From contig JBJESR010000172.1 of the NCBI GenBank assembly GCA_051882895.1, positions 1-41,294 of the forward strand: 41,294 bases of DNA, in the 5' to 3' direction. The translations under genes and the position numbers were made by a program. Position 1 is the stretch's first letter; each line of letters opens with the position of its first letter. The notes under the pieces are model-generated. The model was not told the origin of the DNA, searched no databases, and worked only from the letters and a program-made list of their open reading frames with translations. Shown in pieces: positions 29,648-38,462 of the stretch. This stretch comes from Lentihominibacter sp. (lineage in GTDB: Bacteria; Bacillota; Clostridia; Peptostreptococcales; Anaerovoracaceae).

Positions 29648-29911
29648 ATGAAAATAACTATAAAAACCTCAAAAGTGAATTTTTCGATGCCGGTTCCTCT
29701 GAGCATGGCAGGATTTGCTGTGAAGTCGGTACCGGAAGCTGTTTTTCGTGAGATGCGCAGGAAAGTGCCGGCCCCTTATGATCAGCTGGTGAACAGAGAA
29801 ACGGTAATGATGTATTTTAATGAATGCAGAGATGTTTTCGCAGCAAATAAGGGACTTGAAATTCTGCATGTAGAGGGACATGACGGAACTTATATATCTG
29901 TGATACTATGA
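29648..29911 (+). CDS. Small hypothetical protein with a pattern similar to the upstream ORF
   Basis: 87 aa; MPVPL...GLEILHVEGHDGTYISVIL. Confidence 0.6.
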   Translation: MKITIKTSKVNFSMPVPLSMAGFAVKSVPEAVFREMRRKVPAPYDQLVNRETVMMYFNECRDVFAANKGLEILHVEGHDGTYISVIL

Positions 29912-31032
29912 CAGGAGAGAAAATGCAGGCAGGTAAGGGAACTATATCAGGAGAAAAAATGATAAAGAAAAAGAAGTCGGTAAAACGGTTTGCAAAGGCG
30001 TGTGCAGCTGCTGCAGTAATAGGACTGATGCTGCTGACAGCTTCATGTACAGCAGAGGATGCAGCTGTGGGGAATGGTGATTCTGCCAGTGCTGCAGAGG
30101 ATAAACTGGCTGTATATTTTCTGGATGTCGGTCAGGCAGACTCTACACTTCTGGTTTCTCAGGGGGAAGCGGTTCTTGTAGATGCAGGTAATCGTGATGA
30201 TTCGGATTTTATAACAGGATATCTCGGTAAGCTGGGGATTGACAGACTCAAATATGTTATATTCACACACCCTCATGAAGATCATATAGGTTCAGGAGAA
30301 GCTGTTGTCGATAATTTTGAAATTGATAAGATATTCATGCTGGATGAATATGATGATGGTATTGAGGGACAGCTGAGCAGGACAATCGCAGAAGCGGGGA
30401 TAGATACAGAGGCTCCGGAACCGGGGGATACGGCAGAGTTTGGTGAATGCTCCATCAGATTTCTGGGACCGGTCAGGGACTATGATGATACAAATGATGA
30501 TTCAATCTGCCTCAAAGTGACCCATGGGAAAAACAGAATGCTTTTTACTGGTGACGCGGGAAGAATCCCGGAAAAAGATATGATTGAGGCAGGAGAAAAT
30601 CTTGAAGCAGATTTACTTCAGGCAGGGCATCACGGCAGCAGCACATCAAACAGTTATTATTTTCTCAGGGAATCGAACCCGGAATATGTTGTGATATCAT
30701 GTGGAACAGGCAATATGTACGGTCATCCCCATGAAGAGGCTCTGAGCAGATTCAGCGATCTGGGTGCGGAAGTGTTCAGAACTGATACTCAGGGCACGAT
30801 TATTGCGGAAAGTGATGGACGTGAACTGACATTTAACTGCGAAGGCAGCAAGGCATCAGGGACGCATACCAATGATTACGAGGAGGCTGCATATATAGGC
30901 AATCTGAATTCGAAAAAATTTCATGATCCGGATTGCAGCGGGCTTCCGGACGAGGATAACAGAGTTTATTTCAGGACAAGAGCAGCTGCTGTCGATGCAG
31001 GATATGAGCCATGCGGACGGTGCAGACCGTAA
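29908..31032 (+). CDS. ComEC-type MBL-fold hydrolase lipoprotein with C-terminal Ada-like metal-binding domain (start may be 29923 or 29959)
   Basis: LTASC lipobox, DVGQAD, THPHEDHIG, TGD, GHHGS, YGHP and FH..C...GYEPCGRCRP. Confidence 0.88.
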   Translation: MTGEKMQAGKGTISGEKMIKKKKSVKRFAKACAAAAVIGLMLLTASCTAEDAAVGNGDSASAAEDKLAVYFLDVGQADSTLLVSQGEAVLVDAGNRDDSDFITGYLGKLGIDRLKYVIFTHPHEDHIGSGEAVVDNFEIDKIFMLDEYDDGIEGQLSRTIAEAGIDTEAPEPGDTAEFGECSIRFLGPVRDYDDTNDDSICLKVTHGKNRMLFTGDAGRIPEKDMIEAGENLEADLLQAGHHGSSTSNSYYFLRESNPEYVVISCGTGNMYGHPHEEALSRFSDLGAEVFRTDTQGTIIAESDGRELTFNCEGSKASGTHTNDYEEAAYIGNLNSKKFHDPDCSGLPDEDNRVYFRTRAAAVDAGYEPCGRCRP

Positions 31033-31059
31033 CAGATAATTAATACAGAAGGATAGAAC

Positions 31060-32268
31060 ATGATCAGAAAAATAATATTTACAGTATTTATTTCATTTAT
31101 TGTATGCAGTGTTTCGGTTTCTGAATGTTATGGAGCAGCTGAAGATACCCACAGTATTTATCGTGATAATTCCTCACAGGTAATGCATTGCAGAAATTTC
31201 ATGGAATGCTTTTCTGAAACTTTAATGGGAAACAGTACTTCAGTCAGTGGTATAAATACAGAAATTGTCAGAAAAGCCGATTCGGATATCATAGATCAGG
31301 TGACTGTTGAACCGGCGTATGGCAGGAATCTCGAACTGCAGATGTATGAACAGGGCAGATGGGTTACAAAACAGAATGTAAAACTCGGTAATGGAAGAAA
31401 AGAAACAATTAATATGAAATATCCGGATGAATGGAAAAAAACTGAGTATACAAAATGGCGCATATATATTGCCGGAAGCCGGTATGGCCGGGAGTATTCG
31501 AGTATACCGGTGAGAATTACAGCCAGAAGATACTATCAGAACCCTCCGCAGTATATTCAGATCAGCAATAATATTGTAAAAAGAGATTCAGGCGGATATG
31601 ATCTGAGTTATGGATATATGGGACTTAAGGTTAAGGCTGTGAATAATTATTTTGGAATAGGGGACAGCCACTGGCCAAGATATGACGATGATACCGAACA
31701 GCATGTCAGAGAGTTCCAGAGAGAAAAGGGAATTGAACCTACAGGAAAAGTTGACAAGAAAACATGGCTGAGGATGGGGCTTTCGGAGGAAGACTGGTAT
31801 AATCTGGGGTCATATATGACTCCGGTGAAATCGGATCTGTCAAGTACAAGAGATCAGCTGGTGGAAATTATGATTTCGACAGCGATGAGCTACAGAAATG
31901 CTCCATATGTTGTCGGTGCATCAGGCGATACGTCGCAAGGTACAGACTGTTCGGGACTTGTGATGCAGGCACTTTATTCAGCAGGAGTCGATCCGTATCC
32001 GGTAAGTGTTGTAAGACACTCAAAACCAGGATATGAGTATGAGTCCAGAAATCTGTTTAAAAACAGCAGATTCAGGAAGATTCCGTATGAAGACAGAAAA
32101 AGGGGAGATATTATTTTCTTTGAATCAGATGAAGGCGTAATAATACATGTGGGGATTTATCTGGGAAATGATAAAATGGTTCATTCATGGCCGGACAAGG
32201 TGATGGTTTCCCCGGTTGCTACAGGAGAATGGGGCAATATCGCAGGTGTACGCAGGGTATTCAACTGA
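31060..32268 (+). CDS. Secreted NlpC/P60 peptidoglycan hydrolase with a PG-binding domain
   Basis: Signal peptide, VREFQ..GIEPTGKVD PG-binding motif, DCSGLV, GDIIFF and HVGIYLG. Confidence 0.9.
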   Translation: MIRKIIFTVFISFIVCSVSVSECYGAAEDTHSIYRDNSSQVMHCRNFMECFSETLMGNSTSVSGINTEIVRKADSDIIDQVTVEPAYGRNLELQMYEQGRWVTKQNVKLGNGRKETINMKYPDEWKKTEYTKWRIYIAGSRYGREYSSIPVRITARRYYQNPPQYIQISNNIVKRDSGGYDLSYGYMGLKVKAVNNYFGIGDSHWPRYDDDTEQHVREFQREKGIEPTGKVDKKTWLRMGLSEEDWYNLGSYMTPVKSDLSSTRDQLVEIMISTAMSYRNAPYVVGASGDTSQGTDCSGLVMQALYSAGVDPYPVSVVRHSKPGYEYESRNLFKNSRFRKIPYEDRKRGDIIFFESDEGVIIHVGIYLGNDKMVHSWPDKVMVSPVATGEWGNIAGVRRVFN

Positions 32269-32271
32269 TAA

Positions 32272-32300
32272 TTGCATAGAGAAAATATATATGTTAAGAT
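32272..32300 (+). promoter_or_regulatory. Putative promoter of the cysE-cysS operon
   Basis: TTGCAT-N17-TAAGAT with TG just upstream of -10. Confidence 0.55.
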
Positions 32301-32371
32301 AGAGAGTGGGTTAAACTGCCCGATTTTTGTCTTGTTATTAATGAGGCAGAAAAGAACAATACTATACAAAG

Positions 32372-33187
32372 GTGGACAAAATGGCTTTTTTTAAAGATGT
32401 CAGGGATGACATCAGAACGATACTTGATAAAGACCCTGCGGCCAGAAACGGCCTGGAAGTGCTGCTGTGCTATCCGGGAGTATGGGCACTGATATTTCAC
32501 AAACCGGCACACTGGCTTTACCGGCACAACCTCAAGCTTCTTGCCAGAATAATATCGCAGATCAGCAGGTGGTTTACAGGTATTGAGATACATCCGGGGG
32601 CTGTTATAGGCAAACGGTGTTTCATAGATCACGGTATGGCGGTAATAATCGGAGAAACTACGGAAATCGGTGATGATGTCACGATTTATCAGGGAGCCAC
32701 TCTTGGAGGTACCGGAAAAGATACCGGCAAGCGGCATCCTACTATCGGTGACAGAGTGGTGATCAGTTCAGGAGCCAGGGTTCTGGGACCGTTTAAGGTA
32801 GGTAATGATGTAAAAATCGGAGCAGGCGCAGTTGTTCTCAAGGAGGTCCCTGACGGGTGTACAGTGGTGGGAGTACCGGGCACGGTTGTAAGACGGAATG
32901 GTAAACCTACATCAGAGCTTGATCAGGTTGATATGCCTGATCCTATCGCAGTTGAACTGGAATGTCTCAGACGAAGGATCGTGGAGCTTGAAGAAATCAT
33001 CATGGAGAACTTCGGAAGAGAAACTGTCAAATCATGTGATGATGACTGCCAGTATGTCAATATACTCAGGGAAATGGAAGAAGGCGAACTGGGCAGGCTG
33101 TTTGCCGGAGAAACCGAAACAGCTGACTCAGAAGATACAACCGGAAGTACAGAGGATGGAATGGAGGAAAAACATGAAGATTTATAA
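32372..33187 (+). CDS. cysE: Serine O-acetyltransferase (start may be ATG 32381)
   Basis: DPAAR, TGIEIHPGA, FIDHG, TLGGTGK, RHPT and VGVPG hexapeptide repeats. Confidence 0.94.
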   Translation: MDKMAFFKDVRDDIRTILDKDPAARNGLEVLLCYPGVWALIFHKPAHWLYRHNLKLLARIISQISRWFTGIEIHPGAVIGKRCFIDHGMAVIIGETTEIGDDVTIYQGATLGGTGKDTGKRHPTIGDRVVISSGARVLGPFKVGNDVKIGAGAVVLKEVPDGCTVVGVPGTVVRRNGKPTSELDQVDMPDPIAVELECLRRRIVELEEIIMENFGRETVKSCDDDCQYVNILREMEEGELGRLFAGETETADSEDTTGSTEDGMEEKHEDL

Positions 33188-34571
33188 TACCCTTACAAGA
33201 AAAAAAGAAGAATTTGTTCCAATAGAAGAGGGTACCGCTAAAATATATGTATGTGGACCCACGGTATATAACTTTTTTCACATAGGCAATGCAAGGCCCT
33301 TTGTTGTATTTGATACACTGAGGAAATATCTGCAGTACAGAGGCTACAAAGTAAAATTCGTACAGAACTTCACTGATGTTGATGATAAAATCATCAACAG
33401 AGCCAGAGAGGAACATCTGACGGCAAAAGAAGTAAGCGAAAAATATATCGAAGAGTATTATAAGGATGCCGCAGCACTGAATGTGGCCAAAGCTGATGTT
33501 CATCCGAGAGTATCAGAACATATTCCTGAAATCATCGAGTTCGTTAAGACCCTTATCGATAAGGGATATGCATATGAAGTGAATGGTGATGTGTATTTTT
33601 CAACGAGAAAATTCAAGGATTACGGTAAGCTTTCAAAGCAGAACATAGAAGATCTTGAATCCGGAGCCAGGATTGCAGTGGGAGAAATAAAAGAAGATCC
33701 TCTCGACTTTGCTCTCTGGAAGGCTCAGAAGGAAGAGGACGAGATAGCGTGGGAATGCCCTTGGGGCAAGGGAAGACCAGGCTGGCATATCGAATGCTCC
33801 GCCATGTCAAAGAAACACCTTGGTGATACAATTGATATTCATGCAGGTGGCCAGGATCTTCAGTTCCCTCATCATGAAAATGAGATTGCACAGTCAGAAT
33901 GCTGCAACGGTGTACCTTTTGCAAATTACTGGATGCATAATGGGTACATCACTATAGATAATGAGAAAATGTCAAAATCAAAGGGTAATTTCTTCACAGT
34001 AAGAGATATACTCAAAGAGTATGATGGCGAAGTTATGAGATTTTTCCTGCTGTCGGGGCATTACAGAAACCCAATAAATTTCAGTGACTCTCTGATGGAA
34101 CAGGCAAAAGCAGGACTGGGCAGAATGAGAAATGCCAAGGATAACCTTAAACATCTCATTGCCAATGGTGAGGGAGAGCTCACCGATGCTGAGAAAGAAA
34201 CTCTTGCAGGATATGATAAATACAGACAGGAGTTCATCGCAGCGATGGACGATGATCTTAATACAGCTGATGCCATTTCGGCAATTTTTGAACTGATAAC
34301 TGCTATAAATACAGCTGTTAAAGATGGTGCAAGCAAAGAGTTTGCCGGAAAATCCCTCGAAGTGCTGATGGAACTTGCGACTGTAGTAGGCCTGCTCCAG
34401 CAGGAGGCTGATGAAACTGTCGATGATGATATTCAGGCGCTTGTTGACGAAAGACAGGAGGCAAGAAAAGCCAGGAACTTTGCAAGGGCAGATGAGATAA
34501 GAGATATGCTCAAGGCAAGAGGAATAACTCTCAAGGACACACCGCAGGGAGTTCAGATAATCAGAGAGTAA
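33174..34571 (+). CDS. cysS: Cysteinyl-tRNA synthetase
   Basis: YVCGPTVY, HIGN, GWHIECSAM and KMSKS. Start moved to ATG 33174 after GGAGG. Confidence 0.98.
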   Translation: MKIYNTLTRKKEEFVPIEEGTAKIYVCGPTVYNFFHIGNARPFVVFDTLRKYLQYRGYKVKFVQNFTDVDDKIINRAREEHLTAKEVSEKYIEEYYKDAAALNVAKADVHPRVSEHIPEIIEFVKTLIDKGYAYEVNGDVYFSTRKFKDYGKLSKQNIEDLESGARIAVGEIKEDPLDFALWKAQKEEDEIAWECPWGKGRPGWHIECSAMSKKHLGDTIDIHAGGQDLQFPHHENEIAQSECCNGVPFANYWMHNGYITIDNEKMSKSKGNFFTVRDILKEYDGEVMRFFLLSGHYRNPINFSDSLMEQAKAGLGRMRNAKDNLKHLIANGEGELTDAEKETLAGYDKYRQEFIAAMDDDLNTADAISAIFELITAINTAVKDGASKEFAGKSLEVLMELATVVGLLQQEADETVDDDIQALVDERQEARKARNFARADEIRDMLKARGITLKDTPQGVQIIRE

Positions 34572-34578
34572 AAGAATA

Positions 34579-34974
34579 ATGGAAAAGAAAGAACTCAGGC
34601 AGATAAATACAACTGCACTGGCTTATCTGGGCGATGCTGTGTATGAGCAGGCTGTCCGCGAGCACATTCTCAGAAATGGCACATACAATGCAAACAATCT
34701 TCACAAATCTGCTGTAAAATATGTCAGAGCTCAGGCACAGGCCAATGTGATAAAGTCGATTTACAGTGAACTGACTGAAGAAGAACAGAGCCTTGTGAAG
34801 AGAGCAAAGAACAGGAAATACACCAGCAGGTCGAGAAATGCAGATCCTGTGACCTATAAATGGGCAACAGCTTTTGAAGCTCTGGTGGGGTATCTGTATC
34901 TTGAAGAAAGCAGTACCAGTGGAGAGCGGCTGAGATGGGTGATCGATCAGGCGATTGAAATTACGGGTAAATGA
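34579..34974 (+). CDS. mrnC: Mini-ribonuclease III
   Basis: LAYLGDAVYE and ATAFEALVGYLYL; follows cysS. Confidence 0.93.
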   Translation: MEKKELRQINTTALAYLGDAVYEQAVREHILRNGTYNANNLHKSAVKYVRAQAQANVIKSIYSELTEEEQSLVKRAKNRKYTSRSRNADPVTYKWATAFEALVGYLYLEESSTSGERLRWVIDQAIEITGK

Positions 34975-34975
34975 T

Positions 34976-35206
34976 ATGTCAGAGAAACAGAAAAAAAAGA
35001 GAAAGGTCAGAAACAGGACAAAGGATTTCCTGTTCGACTATGTGAAAACCAACAACGAGTATACAGATGAGAACAGGCGAAGGCAGGAAGAAGAAGGTGT
35101 GAAGCCTCAGGGACTTAAAAATCTCAACACAACAGAGAAAACCTGTATCGTTGTAATTGTACTGGGTCTTATAGGCATAGTTTTGAAATATTTCGTTTTC
35201 GGATAA
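34976..35206 (+). CDS. Small protein with a C-terminal transmembrane helix
   Basis: 76 aa from ATG 34976: basic N-terminus and CIVVIVLGLIGIVLKYFVFG; fills the mrnC-thyA gap. Confidence 0.65.
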   Translation: MSEKQKKKRKVRNRTKDFLFDYVKTNNEYTDENRRRQEEEGVKPQGLKNLNTTEKTCIVVIVLGLIGIVLKYFVFG

Positions 35207-35224
35207 CAGGTATCAGGAGAAAAA

Positions 35225-36055
35225 ATGAGTAAAGCAGATAAATTATTTGTATCCATGTGTCAGGAAATACTGGATAACGGGTTTTCCAGTGAAGGACAGA
35301 AGGTCAGAGCCAGATGGGAAGACGGGACCCCTGCACACACCATCAAGACGTTTGGTGTAGTAAACAGATATGACCTTCAGGATGAGTTTCCGGCTCTCAC
35401 TCTGAGACCGACAGCAATCAGATCTGCTGTCGATGAGATGTTGTGGATATGGCAGAAAAAATCAAATAATATCAGGGATCTCAACAGTCATATATGGGAT
35501 GAGTGGGCTGATGAAAACGGTTCTATCGGCAAGGCATACGGATATCAGCTGGGAGTCAGATACAAGTTCCCCCATGGCGAAATGGATCAGGTTGATAACG
35601 TGATATGGCAGCTGAAAAACACTCCGTATTCCAGAAGAATAATGACCAATATATATAATTTCGGTGATCTTATGGAAATGGGGCTTGAACCCTGTGCTTA
35701 CAGTATGACCTTCAATGTGACAGGGGACAGACTTAATGCGATCCTGAATCAGAGATCGCAGGATATTCTGGCTGCAAACAACTGGAACGTGGTTCAGTAT
35801 GCGGTACTGGTTCATATGCTTGCACAGGTGACAGGCTTCAAGCCGGGGCAGCTGGTGCATGTGATTTCAGATGCGCACATATATGACAGGCATGTGGATA
35901 TAATAAAAGAACTGATTTCAAGACCGCAGTACCCTGCGCCTAAGTTCAGCCTGAATCCGGATATCACAGATTTCTACGACTTTACAGTTGATGATATCAG
36001 AATAGATGATTATCAGAAGAATCCGCAGATAAAGAATATACCGATAGCGATATAA
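35225..36055 (+). CDS. thyA: Thymidylate synthase (ThyA type)
   Basis: IWDEW, AYGYQ, SRR, LEPC, QRSQD and DAHIY..H motifs. Confidence 0.96.
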   Translation: MSKADKLFVSMCQEILDNGFSSEGQKVRARWEDGTPAHTIKTFGVVNRYDLQDEFPALTLRPTAIRSAVDEMLWIWQKKSNNIRDLNSHIWDEWADENGSIGKAYGYQLGVRYKFPHGEMDQVDNVIWQLKNTPYSRRIMTNIYNFGDLMEMGLEPCAYSMTFNVTGDRLNAILNQRSQDILAANNWNVVQYAVLVHMLAQVTGFKPGQLVHVISDAHIYDRHVDIIKELISRPQYPAPKFSLNPDITDFYDFTVDDIRIDDYQKNPQIKNIPIAI

Positions 36056-36073
36056 CAATAAGTTTGAGAGTAA

Positions 36074-36104
36074 CAAAGTGCTTTGCATTATGCAGGGCAC
36101 TTTG
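36074..36104. other. Intergenic stem-loop between thyA and folA
   Basis: CAAAGTGCTTTGCA/TGCAGGGCACTTTG 14-bp stem including G-U pairs, with no U tract. Confidence 0.6.
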
Positions 36105-36120
36105 CATAAAGAGGAGAAAA

Positions 36121-36624
36121 ATGAACGCGATAGTTGTAGTTGACAGAAACTGGGCAATCGGCAGAGATGGAGGACTTCTGGTACATCTGCCGGGAGACCT
36201 TAAATATTTCAGAGAAAAGACTCTTGGCAAGGTGAATGTTGTAGGCAGGAAGACGCTGCAGTCATTTCCCGGAGGTAAACCGTTACCGGGAAGAACCAAT
36301 GTGGTTCTCACCAGAGATGTGAACTTTGAAGCGCAGGACTGTGTGATACTCCACAGCAGAGAAGAAGTGCTGGAGTATGCGGGGAATTATCCGGAAGAGG
36401 ATGTTTTCATATCCGGCGGTGCTGAGATTTACAGACAGTTTCTTGATGATTGTGATACGTTCTATGTGACAAAGATAGATGCGGAATTTGAAGCTGACAG
36501 ATATTTTCCGGATCTGGATGAAATGGGACTGGAAGTGATCTGGAGCAGTGAGGTTCAGGAAGAGAAGGGAATCCGTTATCAGTTTTTGAAATACAGCAGA
36601 ACAGGAGAATCATGTCTGAAGTAA
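36121..36624 (+). CDS. folA: Dihydrofolate reductase
   Basis: AIG, LPGDLKYFREKT, GRKT, PLPGRTNVVLT and GGAEIY. Start ATG 36121 after GAGGAG. Confidence 0.95.
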   Translation: MNAIVVVDRNWAIGRDGGLLVHLPGDLKYFREKTLGKVNVVGRKTLQSFPGGKPLPGRTNVVLTRDVNFEAQDCVILHSREEVLEYAGNYPEEDVFISGGAEIYRQFLDDCDTFYVTKIDAEFEADRYFPDLDEMGLEVIWSSEVQEEKGIRYQFLKYSRTGESCLK

Positions 36625-37349
36625 TAATAGGAAGAAATGCGGTGCTTGAAGCACTGAAAGGCGGCAGGGAAATCGAGAAGATAACCATTGCAAAGGGCGC
36701 GGAAGGCTCGGTAAAACAGATTGCTGCCAAAGCAAAGGATAAGAAAATACCCGTGTATTACAGTGACAAGTCACGGATGGATAAGGCTGCATCCGGGGGA
36801 ACCCATCAGGGGGTTATCGCAGTTGTCTCGGATTATGAATACTGCAGTGTGGACGATATACTGGCACTGGCTGAGGAACGTGGTGAGAAACCTTTTGTAA
36901 TTATTCTGGATGGTCTTGAAGACCCGCATAATCTCGGTGCAATTATGCGTACTGCTGAATGTGCAGGAGTGCATGGTATAATAATTCCCAAGAGACGCTC
37001 GGTAACCGTCAATGAGACTGTAGCCAAGACGTCTGCAGGCGCATCGGAATATATGCTGTGTGCCAGAGTTACCAATATAGGCAGAGAGATAGACAAGCTG
37101 AAAGAAAAAGGCTTATGGATCGGAGCTGTTGATATGGGCGATACTTTGTACTATGATCAGGATCTGACGGGGGCAACAGGTCTGGTGATAGGAGGAGAAG
37201 GTTCAGGGGTAAGCAGACTTGTCAGAGAAAAATGCGATTTTGTGGTATCTATTCCCATGAAAGGCAGAATCACTTCGTTAAATGCCTCAAATGCTGCATC
37301 TATAATGATGTACGAGGTGGTAAGACAGAGGATAAATGGATGGAAATAA
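36612..37349 (+). CDS. rlmB: 23S rRNA Gm2251 methyltransferase
   Basis: GRNAVLEAL, HQGV, DPHNLGAIMRTA, GGEGSG and SLNASNA SPOUT motifs. Confidence 0.95.
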   Translation: MSEVIIGRNAVLEALKGGREIEKITIAKGAEGSVKQIAAKAKDKKIPVYYSDKSRMDKAASGGTHQGVIAVVSDYEYCSVDDILALAEERGEKPFVIILDGLEDPHNLGAIMRTAECAGVHGIIIPKRRSVTVNETVAKTSAGASEYMLCARVTNIGREIDKLKEKGLWIGAVDMGDTLYYDQDLTGATGLVIGGEGSGVSRLVREKCDFVVSIPMKGRITSLNASNAASIMMYEVVRQRINGWK

Positions 37350-37954
37350 GAGAACTTCAGCTTCTGCCGGATGATCAGCTTGCGGCACTGGCTCAGGGGG
37401 GCGATCTTGATGCTGAGGAAGCGCTTCTTAAAAAGTATAAGGATGCAGTCAGAATAAAGGCGAATATGTATTATATGGCGGGTGCAGATGAGGATGATGT
37501 AATGCAGGAAGGCATGATAGGTCTGATGAAGGCGATCAGACAGTATTCGCCTGAAAGAGAAGCTTCTTTCGGAACCTTTGCAGGGATCTGTATAACAAGG
37601 CAGATTATAAGTGCGATAAGAAGTGCAGACAGAGATAAGCATAAGGCTCTCAACACTTCAGTTTCATTAAGTAAACCGCTGGAAACAGACAATGACGAGG
37701 TGACTCTGGCTGATACACTGAGTTCAGACTCAGTAGAATCCCCGGAGGAAATGCTGATATTTAAGGATATTGTGTATTATATACTTCATAATGGGGATAA
37801 CATCTTCAGCGAATTCGAGATGAACGTGCTCAGCGAATTTATCAAAGGTAATGACTATGATAAGATAGCGGATAAGCTTGGTAAAAACGTGAAATCTGTT
37901 GATAACGCTATGCAGAGGACCAGAAAGAAAATTCTGGGATATTTGTTCAAATAA
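37340..37954 (+). CDS. sigH: RNA polymerase sigma factor SigH
   Basis: QEGMIGLMKAI, CITRQIISAI, KHKALN and KSVDNAMQR; follows rlmB. Start moved to ATG 37340. Confidence 0.92.
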   Translation: MEIRELQLLPDDQLAALAQGGDLDAEEALLKKYKDAVRIKANMYYMAGADEDDVMQEGMIGLMKAIRQYSPEREASFGTFAGICITRQIISAIRSADRDKHKALNTSVSLSKPLETDNDEVTLADTLSSDSVESPEEMLIFKDIVYYILHNGDNIFSEFEMNVLSEFIKGNDYDKIADKLGKNVKSVDNAMQRTRKKILGYLFK

Positions 37955-38009
37955 CAAAACTGAAAAATGTTTTAATGATAACGATATGTGATATTGTAAA
38001 AACATTTTA

Positions 38010-38038
38010 TTGAAATAAAGCTGATATTGGTGTATGAT
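38010..38038 (+). promoter_or_regulatory. Promoter of the riboswitch leader
   Basis: TTGAAA-N17-TATGAT. Confidence 0.7.
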
Positions 38039-38057
38039 TTATTATATAAATTGAATA

Positions 38058-38200
38058 TCAGTGCTTTTTCGAGCTGGAAAACCTAACGATGCTGCTGGTA
38101 TACGGTTGATTGAATTGTAAGTTTATTACAGGCATCTATGGTTGACAGACGACAGGGTGTGTCGGGAAACCGGCATGCCTCCCGTATTTGGAAAGAAATC
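38058..38200 (+). ncRNA. Molybdenum-cofactor (Moco/Wco) RNA motif riboswitch
   Basis: CGAGC..ACCTAA..TACGGT, then the CAGGGTGTGTCGG-GAAA-CCGGCATGCCT hairpin and GCCTCCCGTATTTGGAAAG (38177-38195). This matches the 3' end of the E. coli moaA leader as I recall it. Boundaries approximate. Confidence 0.85.
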
Positions 38201-38237
38201 GCGACTTTATTTTGAAGATGACTGTATTATAGAATTT

Positions 38238-38273
38238 AAGGTCGGTTTCCTTGGGAAATCGGCTTTTGTTTTT
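38238..38273 (+). terminator. Riboswitch expression-platform terminator
   Basis: AAGGTCGGTTTCC/GGAAATCGGCTT stem plus T tract; an alternative pairing with 38195-38208 is possible. Confidence 0.8.
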
Positions 38274-38408
38274 ATTATGTAGGAAATATCGTTTCGATAT
38301 TTCCGGAATATCAACAAAGTACACTTCTCCGATAGAATCGGCGAAGCCGACTTTGTTCTTATGGTCAGTTTTTGTTGAAACAGTACATACGGGTTGAAAA
38401 TGCAATTG

Positions 38409-38450
38409 ACACTGCAGCAGCAATCTGAGACTGTTGCAGTGTTTTTTTTT
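38409..38450 (+). terminator. Second leader terminator directly before the RBS
   Basis: ACACTGCAGCAG/CTGTTGCAGTGT stem followed by a T run to 38450, then AGGAGG. Confidence 0.75.
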
Positions 38451-38462
38451 CAGGAGGTTAAA

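Noticed and set aside
28508-32268. tRNA-anchored genomic island or prophage
   Set aside because: No integrase, and no repeated tRNA 3' end was found
38315-38372. Faint resemblance to a c-di-GMP-I riboswitch (AAAGTACACT...GCGAAGC...TATGGTCAGTT)
   Set aside because: No GAAA tetraloop/receptor or clear P1-P3 pairing. Kept only as an unexplained structured segment.
16243-38462. Long N-terminal extensions in the ORF track (starts 16243, 18109, 20031, 32898, 34955, 36064, 37232, 38394)
   Set aside because: Downstream starts fit family N-termini and mostly have better RBSs; the extensions overlap other genes or regulatory elements
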